Both the position numbers and the translations under genes were made by a program. The notes under the pieces were generated by a model. It saw nothing but the letters and a program-made list of their open reading frames with translations. It searched no databases and was not told the origin of the DNA. Below, piece by piece: positions 12,406 through 25,490 of a DNA stretch of 64,000 bases. Source of the DNA: Octopus vulgaris (taxonomy: Eukaryota); contig OX597815.1 in assembly GCA_951406725.2 (NCBI GenBank), positions 191,208,001 to 191,272,000 of the forward strand, given 5' to 3'. How positions within the stretch are numbered: position 1 is the stretch's first letter; each line of letters begins with the position of its first letter.

Positions 12406-13476
12406 GTAAGCCTTTCTTCTTTTGTTTTCCTTTAATTTTTACTTTTGTTTTTGATTTCAGACAAGGTTAGACCCATGGTAGAGGAATGGCCATGGAAACG
12501 CTTGTGAATGCCATAGCATTTTATATTATCAGCTCTTTTATGACCATACCTTTTACATAATACATTGCTCGTCTGTTTGAATTAGGTTTGGAATAGTATA
12601 AACTTGGAAAGAGATTTAATAAGATAGTTAACTTCTGATAAAGTGGTTGCTAACATATAGCTTACTTCGTATTTAATTAATCAAAATTTCTAAGCTGTCT
12701 TCACCTGCCTTTATTTTTGTTTCTTTCTTTTTTTTTTTTTGTTTTACTAGTATTTTAGAAAATTATAGTTCTCATCACTTGGAGTGTAATTTTAATTAAT
12801 TACACCTTAAGTGATAAAAACAATCATTTTCTAAATGATTTATTTCAGTCAGATATACAAGGGTTGGAGAAAACATTGAAGTTTTAATTAATTAAGATTA
12901 ATTATGGTATACAGTAAGAAGTGAGTCTAATCCTTAGCACTGACAATTCCAGACATTGTCAGTTAAGCAGAGTTGCTGCTAGAGCTTAATACAAGATTTT
13001 TGTGATGTTGCCAGTCCAACCCGTGCCAGCATGGAAAACAGATGCTTAATGATGATGATGGTGATGATGATGAAACTGGGATTATCTGATTACGTCTAAT
13101 AAGCATGGAACATTTTCAAAATTAATACAATACTCTTAAAGTTCAGAATAACTCCTTATTGCATTCTATAATTCGTTTTAATTAAATATTAATTTCAGGG
13201 TTCTCCCCCCTCTCTCTCTCTCTCCCTCCCTCCCTCTCCCTCTCTCTCTCCCCCCTTTCTCTCTGCAAATCTTTAAGCTAGCTCCTGTGTAGGGCTAATT
13301 GGGCCTGTAGCCCAAAACTAAAGAGAGCTAAATAGCATGGCTATAGTATGTCTATAATGACTATATAAGCACTAGGCTTACAAAGAATAAGTCCTGGGGT
13401 TGATTTGCTTGACTAAAGGCGATGCTCCAGCATGGCCGGAGTCAAATGACTGAAACAAATAAAAGAATAAAAAAGG

Positions 13477-13528
<52 letters not shown>

Positions 13529-13893
13529 TACATATATAGTGGACTTCCATACAGCTTGTCTACCAAATCCATTCACAAGGTGTTTGTTGGCACAAGTGTA
13601 CAGTAAAAACATTTACCTGAAGTACTGTGCAATGGGATTGAATCTGAAACCATTTGGTTACGAAGCAATCTTAACCACACAGCCATGCCTTCAAAAAAAA
13701 AAATTAAATCAAACATTTAAAAATAATTGTTCTTATCACTAATTAAAATTTCTTGGTTTACTATATTATTTTTCTATTATTTATGCTGCAGGCATTCTTG
13801 GGTATTTCTTTTTTCTGTCATTCTTTATTATTATGTGGGTGTTTGGAACATAACTTAATTAAAAATTATTGTATACAGTTATAATGGTTTTAA

Positions 13894-14289
13894 TCTCTAT
13901 ATATATATAAAGCTGAAGTTGTCTGTGTGTGGCAGGTTTGGTAGCCTTCAACTAACACTATCTCCCCTGAGACCCTGCAGTGCAAGTTGACCAAAATTGA
14001 GAGTATGATAAAAGAAGGCTTGCTCTTCCTTCCGTAGAAGAAAAAATTCAAATCGGACCATGTTAACACCAAAAATTATTTACATAAAAAAAGTGCTTTC
14101 TTTTTCTATGAAAATCCCTATTTTTTATGATTTTTTGACTGCTGTGTTGCCATTTTTCAGTGTATTTCAACCAGAAAAATGTTCACTTAAAGAGAATAAC
14201 AAGCAAGATAATGCAAAATTTTTACTTTACAAAAATTCCAATTCTAAAGGGTCGAAACAAACCCGAGCAATGCCAGGCGATACTGCTAG
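13894..14289 (+). mobile_element. Non-autonomous Helitron, family H1
   Basis: A|TC start, hairpin cccgagcaatgccagg, CTAG|T end; homologous to 9084-9479. Confidence 0.88.
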
Positions 14290-14821
14290 TTTAAATACAA
14301 ACACAATTGTACTATAAAACCAAGGATGGTCTCAAGCAGGTTTTTATCGAAAGATTAAACAGGATGTATATCATGGATGTGTTATATACATGATAGTTTA
14401 AAGTGAAATATTCCATCAGAGCTGCATTAAAGTTTCAAGCATTAGACCACCCATGTTAACTGAATCATTAATAACAGATGAACAGAAATAATGAATAGAA
14501 ATCCTCTCTTTAGACATAAACCAGAATTTCTGGCTCTAGAAACTATTTTGAATACCACAGATCAGCTACTATCTTAAATAAACAATTTCTTTTTAATAAA
14601 GAGCATTTTATTAAACACTCATGTTAGTGTTAAATACTAAATTCTTACATTGGTTTGAAGTATAAAAGTTACGCAGGAAAAGAGATGATTGTATTTTCAT
14701 CAAAAATAGTTAAAAGAAGAAAATAGCTACAGATGCAAGTCAAAAGTGGGACTTAGCTACCTGTATAATACTTGTATGTAAACTCCTGTTCTGATTACTA
14801 TGCTTCACGACAGAAGGGGAT

Positions 14822-15055
14822 TCATCATCATCATCGTTTAACGTCCGTTTTCCATGCTAGCATGGGTTGGACGGTTCAACTGGTGTCTGGGAAGCCAGGA
14901 GGCTGTGCCAGGCCCAGTCTGATCTGGCAGTGTTTCTACAGCTGGATGCCCTTCCTAACGCCAACCACTCTGAGAGTGTAGTGGGTGCTTTTTATGTGCC
15001 ACCTGCACAGGTGCCAGACGAGGCTGGCAAACAGCCACGATCGGATGGTGCTTTA
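14822..15055 (-). mobile_element. RTE 3'-UTR element (family D)
   Basis: catcatcatcgtttaacgtccgttttccatgctagcatgggttggacgg... shared motif. Confidence 0.85.
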
Positions 15056-15639
15056 GAAATTTCAAAACAAATTCTGACAGAAGAGGCAAAAATAAAGAGT
15101 CATGGTTTTTGTACTTCCTATTTCAAGAATATCAAATACATACATGTATTTGTTCCAAACCAGAATCTGAAACCTCTAGCAGATTAGTTTATTGAGAATA
15201 TACCATCTTGTATTCATCATGCTTTCAGTAAATTCATCATCAACATATCATCGTGTTTTGAGGTCCACTTTTCCATGCTGGCATGGGTTGGATGGAATTT
15301 GTTGAGATGAACTTTCTACAATCTAGTGCCTTTCCTGTTGCCAACCCTTGCTTGTTTCCAAGTAAGCTGACATTCCCCATGACAAGACATGTTGAAGATT
15401 GGGTACAAAAGACACTGCTTCCATGACAGTCACAATCATTTGCAACTACTATATAAAGAGCAAGGCAAGGGGTCAGTAGCACACATAGTGTAGCAACCAG
15501 ACATCCTTCTTCTCTTTAAATGATGGAGACTTTAGTGATTCTCAACCTCTTTTGTTTTTGACTATGGACTTGATTTGATTCCTATTTTACTAGTATGGAC
15601 ATTCATAGCCATTCCATGTTTTAAAAAAATCCTATCTTT

Positions 15640-16450
15640 TATTTTTATCTTTCACTTGTTTCAGTCATTAGACTGCAGCCATGCTGGGGCACCACCTTGA
15701 AGGGTTTTAGTCAAACAAATTGACCCCAGGGCTTATTTTTTCAAGCCTGGTACTTACACTATTGTACTCTTTTGTCGAACTGCTAAGTTGCAGGGACATT
15801 AAACACACCCACCCACACCAGTTGTCAAATGGCAGTGAGGTACAAATAGACACAAAGACACACACAAACATGATGGGCTTCTTTTAGTTTCTGTCTTCCA
15901 AATCCACTCACAAGGCTTTGGTTTGCCTGAGACTATTGTAGAAGACACTTGCCCAAAGTGCCACCCAGTGGCACTGAACCCAAAACCATGTGATTGGGAA
16001 GCAAGCTTCCTACCACACAGCCACTCCTACACCTATCATATTTTTATACTCTTTTACACTTTTACTTGTTTCAGTCATTTGACTGTGGCCATGCTGGAAC
16101 ACCGCCTTTAGTCGAACAAATCGGCACCAGGACTTATTCTTTGTAAGCCTAGTACTTATTCTATTGGTCTCTTTTGCCGAACTGCTAAGTTACGGGGACG
16201 TAAACACACAAGCATCGGTTGTCAAGCGATGTTGGGGGGACAAACACAGACACACAAACATATACACACACATACATACATATATATATATATATATACG
16301 ACGGGCTTCTTTCAGTTTCCATCTACCAAATCCACACACAAGGCTTTGGTCAGCCCGAGGCTATAGTAGAAGACACTTGCCCAAGGAGCCATGCAGTGGG
16401 ACTGAACTCGGAACCATGTGGTTCGTAAGCAAGCAACTTACCACACAGCC
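15640..16450 (-). mobile_element. Two tandem SINE family A copies
   Basis: Reverse complement of family A at 15640-16032 and 16055-16450. Confidence 0.85.
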
Positions 16451-17819
16451 TGGGAATTGTATTAAAAAAATTGTTAAAATATTTTATGCATTTTAGAAAT
16501 ATAACCAATCTATTGCCTGGAAATTTGAACAACAAAATCTTATATGTGCCCCATTTGAGAAACCCTACTTTAGATAATATTATTCTAGATACACCATACA
16601 CGAACATAAGATGAGATAGCCATAGATAGAGTTTCTTCAATCATAAATCTGCTGAATTTGGTTTCAGTGGGAGTTAAGCAACAGCAACAACACTTATGTT
16701 TTTACGTTCTTTATATTTACATTTTTCTTCATTTCCTACACAATGGCTTTAGGTTTTTCTCTTGACAACAAAAAATCTTTTCACTAGTTCTTTGAACCTT
16801 GACCTCTCTGCATCAATGCTATGATTCTTGCTGAACAATTCCTTTTTTCAGCCCCTTTCTTTTGAGTGTCAGCCATAAAACTGTGATTTTTTTTCCCTGC
16901 CAATTCTTTTTATATAATACGTATATTATTATTTATCAATTTTATTTTTAATACTTTTATACTTGTTATATATTTTATTATTTTTACACTTATTGCATAT
17001 TTTACCGCCTCCTTGTCTTCCTCTTCTATCTCCTCTTGTCGCTTTAGTCTCTTTTTTAACCATTGACCTTCGAAATAAATCTCCCCTCTCTCCATTTGGC
17101 TTTATTTGATATTTGTAGCTATTCGTGTTAATTTTCCACATTCACTTTTGGATATTTTTACAGTAATTTTTACAACAATGTTCTAATTGTAGAAATCTCC
17201 TTCCTTCCTGAGTTTAATGGTTGAATGTAATTTTTTTTTTTCCTTTCTCTGTCTGCTGTTGAATACAACAATCTAAATTCTCTCATTATTTACTATGTTT
17301 TTATATTGCTTTTGGGTTGTTTTTTTTTAAATTTTGCTTTCTTGTTTTCTTCTTTCAATTTGCTTTGCTTCGCTTAACTTGTAAATTAGTACAATATATA
17401 ACTGGCTTGCATATTTTTAACACCAATGCTATCATCCATCATCGTCATCATCATTGTTGTCTTCCTTATCATCATCAGCATCATCTTCGTCATCATCATC
17501 ACCATTGTTGTTGCCATCTCCACCGTCATCACTATTATCATTTTCAGTTTCTCCATCTTACTATATTAGCAACACTAACTACCATCTCCACTCTGCTATC
17601 ATTACCATCATCACTATCCCCACCCTCATTATGACCCACAGCATGTAATTTTAGCCCCACTCTTTCATCTCCACAACCTCTACTACTACCATATTCACAA
17701 CATCCACCATCACCACTTGCTCATCTTCATCATCATATCATAATCATTATTACTGAAGTTCTGTTTAATTAGTCCAAGAAAGAGAAACAGTGCAATAAAT
17801 TTCTTGAAATGTAAGAACA

Positions 17820-18185
17820 AGGATATCAACACGTAGACATTCCCATGGGCATCCAGTCTTAAATTCCTAGAGGACTTTGATAAATAGAAGGGGACTGAGC
17901 AGTGAGCCCAAGTGAACCCCTACCTTTACACTAAATTTGTCTCTATACTTATTGTCAGCTCTCACCTTGCTGACATCATCCCTGTGCATGGTTTGTATGG
18001 CTCTCACAAACCATTCATCTAAATCTAGATGCTTCAATGATCATTAAATCACCAAGTGAAGAACTCTGTTAAAGGCTTTCTCCAAGTGGCAAATACTAAG
18101 TACTGTGGTTTACCCTTGCCAGCTACTTCTGCTGTTTGCTCACTAGAAAAATGGCACCAGTAGTACCTTTCCCTGATACAAAATT
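17820..18185 (-). pseudogene. Decayed RTE/BovB-type reverse transcriptase fragment
   Basis: Minus strand FVSGKGTTGAIF...LEKAFNRV...EWFVRAIQTM...VKVGVHLGSLLSPLLF...EFKTGCPW, matching RTE RT motifs (DLEKAFDRV, GVHQGSVLSPLLF, GCPWELLYADD). Confidence 0.8.
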
Positions 18186-18333
18186 ATTTGTTAATTTCCT
18201 AGCTGAATTCATTTCCTACTCTGACCTTTGTTAACAGTACCCTGATTCATATCGTTTACAACTTTCATATGCCATTCATCTGCATTTAGTTTTCTTAGCA
18301 CCCACCATACTACTGAGTGTTTGATGTTATTAA

Positions 18334-18547
18334 CCCATATTAACCCACTATCCTCGCTTGAGGACAGTTGTATTTGGTTCATTTACTACAATAATGGTTA
18401 ACAGGACGCAAAATAGTGCTTGTTGTATTTATTTAACCATTGTAGTTGGTTTATTTACTGCAATAAAAGTTAACTGGATGCTCCTGTCTGTTTGTTACCT
18501 CTATTAATATAACTATCTTCGACTGGGTTAACCTGGGTTAAAATGGG
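18334..18547. mobile_element. MITE with TTAA flanks (piggyBac-like)
   Basis: TTAA|cccatattaaccca ... tgggttaaaatggg|TTAA. Confidence 0.55.
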
Positions 18548-19024
18548 TTAAAGACCTTCTCTACTGGCTTCAAAGACCTTCTGTACTAGTTTCAAAATAG
18601 CTTGTTAGTAACTTGGCATCTTTGGTTCTGCAACTTAGCACAAACTTTAACTGTGTCTTTTTAAAGCTATCTCTAATTTGAATTAATTTTGCTAAGTTTC
18701 ACAACTGCTTTTCAAAATTCAATCCATCAGTTTATGTCCAGTATGATTACCTCTGACCAGTGCATCTCTTTTTATCTTGGAGCAGTTGACAATGCTATCG
18801 ATACATCATTCAAAGGGAATAACATCTCCCTCCCTGTCTGATTAACCACACAGTTGATTAACATATGGCATTCATAACCTAAAACAATTACATCACTGAT
18901 TCCAAATTATTTGAAACTGAATTCTATTACAAGGTTGACTATTCTCTTTGTCCGTTTCTTTTCTCTATAAGAAAGTCCTTCATCGCTCTAAAGAAAAAAA
19001 ATTAGGTTGAAATACTTTGTCTCA

Positions 19025-19315
19025 TGTGGAGGCGCAATGGCCCAGTGGTTAGGGTAGTGGACTCGCGGTCGTAGGATCACGGTTTTGATTGTGTGTGTTT
19101 ATTGAGCGAAAACACCTAAAGCTCCACGAGGCTCCGGCAGGGGGTGGTGGCAATCCCTGCTGTACTCTTTCGCCACAACTTTCTCTCACTCTTTCTTCTG
19201 TTGGCCTGCTCACTTACCCAGTGGGGTGGCGTCATTTGAAGGCTAAAACAATGTGAAGCGCATTGTGACCAGCGATGTGTAACAACATCTGATAGCCTGG
19301 TCAGTCATGGTGATC
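19025..19315 (+). mobile_element. tRNA-derived SINE family C (OR-like head)
   Basis: gtggaggcgcaatggcccagtggttaggg A-box head; same body and tail as 35456-35765. Confidence 0.85.
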
Positions 19316-19416
19316 ACTTTGTCTCATAGGTTTTAATATTTCTTTACATTACTATGATGCAAACTAAGTTCCTGGTTATTCTGAGTTCAAACTACACCAA
19401 TATTTACTGATTCTAA

Positions 19417-19632
19417 AGCGGTGAGCTGGCAGAAACATTAGCAAGCCGGGTGAAATGCTTAGCAGTATTTTGTCTGTCTTTACGTTCTGAGTTCATATTC
19501 TGCTGAGATCGACTTTGCCTGTCATCCTTTCAGGGTCAATAAATTAAGTACCAGTTGCATACTAGGGACAATTTAATCGACTAGCCCCCTCCCCCAAAAT
19601 TTCAGGCCTTGTGCCTAGAGTATAAAAGAATA
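19417..19632 (+). mobile_element. SINE family B
   Basis: Shared family B head and body. Confidence 0.8.
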
Positions 19633-19786
19633 TTTAGTGATTCTTGTCTTATTCAGTTTTTCTCTTGATGGTAGATTAAATTTTTAGTCACATGCTGTAA
19701 TGTGTTATAACAAGACAGCTCTACAAGTCTTAATATGTTCTCATAATATATACTAATTCTTCTTTCTTAGGTAGATAGAATATATA

Positions 19787-19823
<37 letters not shown>

Positions 19824-20504
19824 TGGTGCCCCAGCGTGGCCACAGCTCGTGAGCTGAAACTAGATAAAATAAAATAAAAAAATATATATATGCTGAACTA
19901 AATCTTGTTAGCTCTGATATTAAATTTGATTTGAGATTTTCCAGTGCTCTTTAAAGCGCTATCTTTGGCTGATAAAGAAACTGAGCACCTTATATCAAAG
20001 AAGTAAAAAGGAAACGATCAAGTATATTCATAGGTATTTATAAACATGTTAGAATTATTAAAAGCCAGGGGGGGCGTGTGGTTTTGTATTTACAAACTCT
20101 CAGTCCAAGGGAAATTGAAATACATTGTGTTTACAGTGTAGAATTAGGGCATGTTGCCAAAATTCATGGACGACCAAAGTAGATGGGTGTTAAGAGCTGG
20201 AAGTAGGGCTCTTAGAAACAAATTTGAGAGCCCTCATTTCAACAGATATAACATATTTGTGGAGTTGGTTGAAAGGTAGCAATGTTATGTGATATAAGAT
20301 TTCATTGATTAAAACAAGGTTATATTGACTGGAATGTTATACTTTTCACCTCTCAAGCTACTTTATTTTCCTCTCTTAGTAATCCTGTTTTTTAGGGTTT
20401 TCTTAAAAATCTACAGTGATATAGATTTCTTTTGACTTGGAAACAAGCCAGTTTTTGAAGGGAAGAAGTCAAAGGAATTGAATTTCCCTCAGTATATAAC
20501 TAGT

Positions 20505-20800
20505 GTGAAAGTGCTTGGCCCAGTGGTTAGGGTTTTACACTCGCAATTGTAAGATCATGGGTTCAAATCCCAGACCAGGTGGCACAATGTGTTCTTGAGC
20601 AAAACACTTCATATCACATTGCTCCAGCTCACTCAGCTATCAATGGATAACTCTGCAACAGACTAGCCTTCTGATCAAGGGGGATGCTGGCCTGCATGCC
20701 TAGCCAGCAGAGTGGCATCATTCAAAAGATAAAACAAAGCAAAGCGCATTGTGACTAGCAATGTAAAACAACATCCAATAGTCTAGTCTATACCGTGATA
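20505..20800 (+). mobile_element. Diverged SINE family C variant
   Basis: tggcccagtggttagg A box, ggttcaaatccc B box, middle like 54413-54673, tail like 19025-19315. Confidence 0.7.
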
Positions 20801-21529
20801 CCATTATATTATTAGTTCTTGGTTCCATCGACTTATTAAGTTGAAGTTTATTTCTCTTGCTTATGAGATTTCAACTTAAAATAGCAAGGTATCGTTTTAA
20901 GGTAGTATAAATCACCAGATCTCACTGTCTGCTATCTAAAAACAAAAGAATTCCACCATTAATAATACAGCCTTTTTATTTCATCTATTTTTATTTTTGT
21001 AACATGTTATCTTTATTTTGTATTGATTTTTACAAATAAGAAAACGATGGCTTCATATTAAAAAGCATTATGTAAATTTATAAATGATATAACAAATTAT
21101 TTTTAATTGATTATTTGTTCTTGTAATTGAAAATAAGCCAAATAAGTGCTAAGTTATCAGAATATATTACAAACTAAAATCAATGAGTAAAGGGAAGCCT
21201 CATTGTGAAATAGAAATACCAGAAATAGCAGTGAAACCGCCTTCCCCTATCACTCTTTTTTATAAAGTAAAGACAAATTTGATAATGAATTCATAATTAA
21301 GTCTTAATCATAGATCTAACAAATCGGGGCTAACTACAAAGAAAATACATCTATGTTGATTAAGTATAAAAGGAAATATTTTATTTGAACACCTAATTTA
21401 ATACAAGTAATTAGTGAAACATTTATTAATAATGAGAGAATATGATCAAGGGTTACTTTTAGTCAGCACGATTCAACTATATAAATCCAGAGTATGTAAG
21501 AGAATTGATTAATTTCTTTTAATTGACCC

Positions 21530-22294
21530 GTCGTCGTCATCATGATCATTTAACATCTCTTTCCCTTGCTGGCATAGATTGGTTGGTTTGACAGGTGCTG
21601 GCTAGGCCAGGAGCCATGCCAGGTTCCATTGCCTATTTTAGCATGGTTTCTACAACTGGATGCCCTTCCTAACTCCAACCACTTTACAGAGTGTTCTGGG
21701 GAATTTTTACATGACACCAGCACCAGTGCTTTTTATGTGGCACCAACATCAACAGGGTCACCAAGTACCTTGTTTAGCATATTATTTTTGTTTGGTTATA
21801 ATTTTCAACATAACTTTTTCCCTATTGTTTGCGTTCATAATCTTACAGCTTCAACACCATTATTACTCTCTTACATAAGAAGTTTGTTTCTCAATCACAT
21901 GGTTCTAGGTTCTGTCTCACTGTGTGACACCTTTGGCAAGTGTCTTCTACTGTAGCCTTCAGCTGACCAAAGCCTTGTGAGTGGGTTTGGTAGACAGAAA
22001 CTGAAACAAGCTTGTTGTTTATGTGCATATATCTGTGTGTGTGTGTGTGTGTGTGAGCCTTTATGTCTATATTTGTCCTCCACCACCACCACTTGATAAC
22101 TGGTGCTGGTGTGTTTATGTTCCCCTGACTTAGTAGTTCAGCAAAACGAGACTGACAGAATAAGTACCAGGCTTTAAAAAAAATAAGTGCTGGGATCAAT
22201 TTGTTTGACGAAAATTCTTTAAGATGGTGCCCCAGCTTGGCCACAGTCTAATGACTGAAACAAGTAGAAGACAATGGATAAACTAAATGAATAG

Positions 22295-22330
<36 letters not shown>

Positions 22331-22860
22331 TCATCATCATCATCATCATCGTTTAACATCTACTTTCCAAGCTGGTATGGGTTGGACGGTTTGACTGGGG
22401 ACTGGCAAGCTAGATGGCTGCACCAGGCTCCAATCTGATCTGGCAGAGTTTCTACAGCTGGATGCCCTTCCTAACGCCAACCACTATGAGAGTGTAGTGG
22501 GTGCAATTACGTGCTACTGGCACGAGGGCCAGTCAGGCGGTACTGGTAATGGCCACACTCAAATGGTGTTTTTTACGTGTCATCTGCCCAGGAGCCAGTC
22601 CAGCGGCACTGGCAATGACCTTGCTCAAGTGTTGTTTTTCATGTGCCACCGGCACTAGTGCCAGTAAGGCGACGCTGGTAAATGTCCACTTTCCATGCTG
22701 GCATGGGTTGCACAATTTGACTGAGAGCTGGCAAGCTAGGAGGCTTCACCAGGCTCCAATCCGATCTGGCAATGTTTCTACAGCTGGATGCCCTTCCTAA
22801 TGCCCACCACTCCGGATGGTGCTTTTTACATGCCACTGGCATGGGGAGCCAGTCAGGCAT
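21530..22860. mobile_element. Cluster: family D (-, 21530-21760), SINE A (+, 21885-22270), family D (-, 22328-22860)
   Basis: Shared family motifs. Confidence 0.8.
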
Positions 22861-22885
22861 ATATATTGTTACTGTTGTTTTAGCC

Positions 22886-22919
<34 letters not shown>

Positions 22920-22922
<3 letters not shown>

Positions 22923-23305
22923 GAGGCGCAATGGCCCAGTGGTTAGGGCAGCGGACTCGCGGTCGTAGGATCACGGTTTCGATTCCCAGACCAGGCATTG
23001 TGAGTGTTTATTGAGCGAAAACACCTAAAAAGCTCCACGAGGCTCCGGCAGGGGATGGTGGTGATCCCTGCTGTACTCTTTCACCACAACTTTCTCTCAC
23101 TCTTTCTTCCTGTTTCTGTTGTACCTGTATTTCAAAGGGCCGGCCTTGTCACTCTCTGTGTCACGCTGAATATCCCCAAGAACTACGTTAAGGGTACACG
23201 TGTCTGTGGAGTGCTCATCCACTTACACGTTAATTTCACGAGCAGGCTGTTCCGTTGATCGGATCAACCGGAACCCTCGTCGTCGTAACCGACGGAGTGC
23301 TTTCA
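22920..23305 (+). mobile_element. SINE family C, CpG-rich copy
   Basis: A box tggcccagtgg, B box ggtttcgattccc; distinct 3' module. Confidence 0.85.
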
Positions 23306-24055
23306 TCCATCCATCTATATATATATATGGAGAGAGAGAGAGAGATTGACAGCCAGCCAGACATAGAGAGATAGATAGATTATATTAATGTGTAAACAAT
23401 GTACATCAGCCACTGACACTCTGAAAACTTGAAATAAGCCCCATAAGGCCAACATATCAACAACGGTGATATTGCTACAGAAATTAACATTTAGTTAATT
23501 GGTAAATACTCATTGACCAATATACAGTAATTACTAATTCATAGATGCACTGTTTCTTCTTGATTTTTCTGTTACTACCACGATAGTTTTGATTCCACCT
23601 CACTCCAAATCAGAGACCCTGCAGTCTGGGCCCACCACATCGAGATTGCCTAATTGCCCCCCTGTTTGACTCTTGGTTTTTATTGCCCTCTACATGCTAC
23701 TAGTATGACTGTGGCTTGGCCACATGAATCTTTGAGCCACCATGTCTCTATGAATAACGATTGAGTCTAGAGAATATCTGATATTTTATCAATGCCATTT
23801 TAACAAATTGAAAATAAATACTGCCCATGAGACGAAGCAAATTTATCAAAATCTCAGAATATTAATGGTGAACCTGTGTATCTCTTTGTGTTATGTGTAA
23901 GTTACATATATAGATGTGTATGAGTGTTAGTGTAAACTGCCTGTCAAAATACTTGAGTTATATAATATCCAAATAAATGTCAGTGTTGAAAAATTCAATG
24001 ATATTCTAGAAAACTCCATCATCATCATCATCTTCCATCATAATGCACATCATTG

Positions 24056-24316
24056 TGGCTATGTGGTAAGTAGCTTGCTTACCAACCACATGGTTCTGGG
24101 TTCAGTCCCACTGTGTGGCACCTTGGGCAATTGTCTTTTACTATAGCCTTGGGCCAACCAAAGCCTTGTGAGTGGATTTGGTAGACGGAAACTGAAAGAA
24201 GCCTGTCATATAAATGTGTGTGTATATGTTTGTGTGTCTGTGTTTGTCCCCCCAACATCGCTTGACAACCGATGCTGGTGTATTTACGTCCTCATAACTT
24301 AGCAGTTTGGCAAAAG
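24056..24316 (+). mobile_element. SINE family A, 3'-truncated
   Basis: Family A head and body, ending at ggcaaaaga. Confidence 0.85.
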
Positions 24317-24330
24317 ATAGAAGAAGGCTT

Positions 24331-24580
24331 GAAATACACCGAAAAATGGCGACACAGCAGTCAAAAAATCGTAAAAATAGGGATTTTCATTTGATGTAAA
24401 TAACTTTTGGTCTTAACATGGTTCGATTTGAATTTTTTCTTCTACAGAAGGAAGAGCAAGCCTTCTATCATACTCTCAATTTTGGTCAACTTGCACCACA
24501 GGGTCTCGGAGGAGATAGTGTTAGTTGAAGGCTACCAAACCTGCCATACACAGACAACTTCAGCTTTATATATAGAGAGA
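24331..24580 (-). mobile_element. Helitron H1, 3'-truncated
   Basis: Reverse complement of the 5' portion of 9084-9479; TC start at 24580. Confidence 0.85.
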
Positions 24581-25490
24581 TTTACATGTATATAAGTAAA
24601 TTCCTCTTATGATATCAGGAAAGTTAATCATTTTTATGTCTGTTGTGGTTCCAATGTGGCTGCCATACTGTGAAATTCACAACTCAACATCTAAAATGTT
24701 TGACAGTTTTGTTTTTGTTTTTTTTGGGGGGTTTTTTTTTTCTGTTTCAATATATCAATACTTAATTAGTTTGTAGCAGTAGTTTACAGTCTTTTTGACT
24801 TCTTGGCATATGAAAAATATAAGTTACTAACACACTTCAGATAGAATGTTAAAAAGAAAAAACTACATTATGAAATTAAAAATTGAGAAAATAATACAGA
24901 AAACTATTGCTGAACACATTTTATTAATCATGTTTATGTATTATAAAATTACAACTTACACATTTTTCCAAGATATTCAAGCATTATCATGGCTTTGCTT
25001 AAACCTTAAATTCCATTTTTCAAAAGTCTGTGGCATGCCTCAGTACCATTGGTTTGTAATACTATTTCTCATGTACCAAAGGTATTTTTGCCATTTCATT
25101 TTTTTTGTTTCTTTTTGGATTTTTGTTTTTTGCTGCTTATAAACCTTTACATTTTACACCCCATGCATTGCCTACATACCATCATCATCATCATTGTTGT
25201 GGGTTTTATGTCTCTTTTTCCCTGCTGGCATGGGTTGGATGATTTGTTGCAGTCTGACAGGTTTGGGTATGGTTGTGCAGTTAAGAAGCTTCCTTCCCAA
25301 ACATATAAGTCTTATCTTTCTTTTACTTGTTTCAATCTTTAGTTGAATAATCAACCCTAGTACTTCTTTTTTTTTTAAGCCTAGTACTCAGTTTATTGGC
25401 TTCTTTTGCTGAACCACTAAGTTACAAGGATGTAAACTCACTAACACTGGTTGTGGTGTAGTGAGGAGGGCAAACACAGACACAAAGACA

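Noticed and set aside
17317-17740. His-rich ORF
   Set aside because: Degenerate (CAT)/(CAC) low-complexity tract without splice or domain support
22920-22995. tRNA genes at SINE heads (also 35456, 52761, 56140, 63955)
   Set aside because: A/B boxes present but no complete cloverleaf, and they continue into SINE bodies
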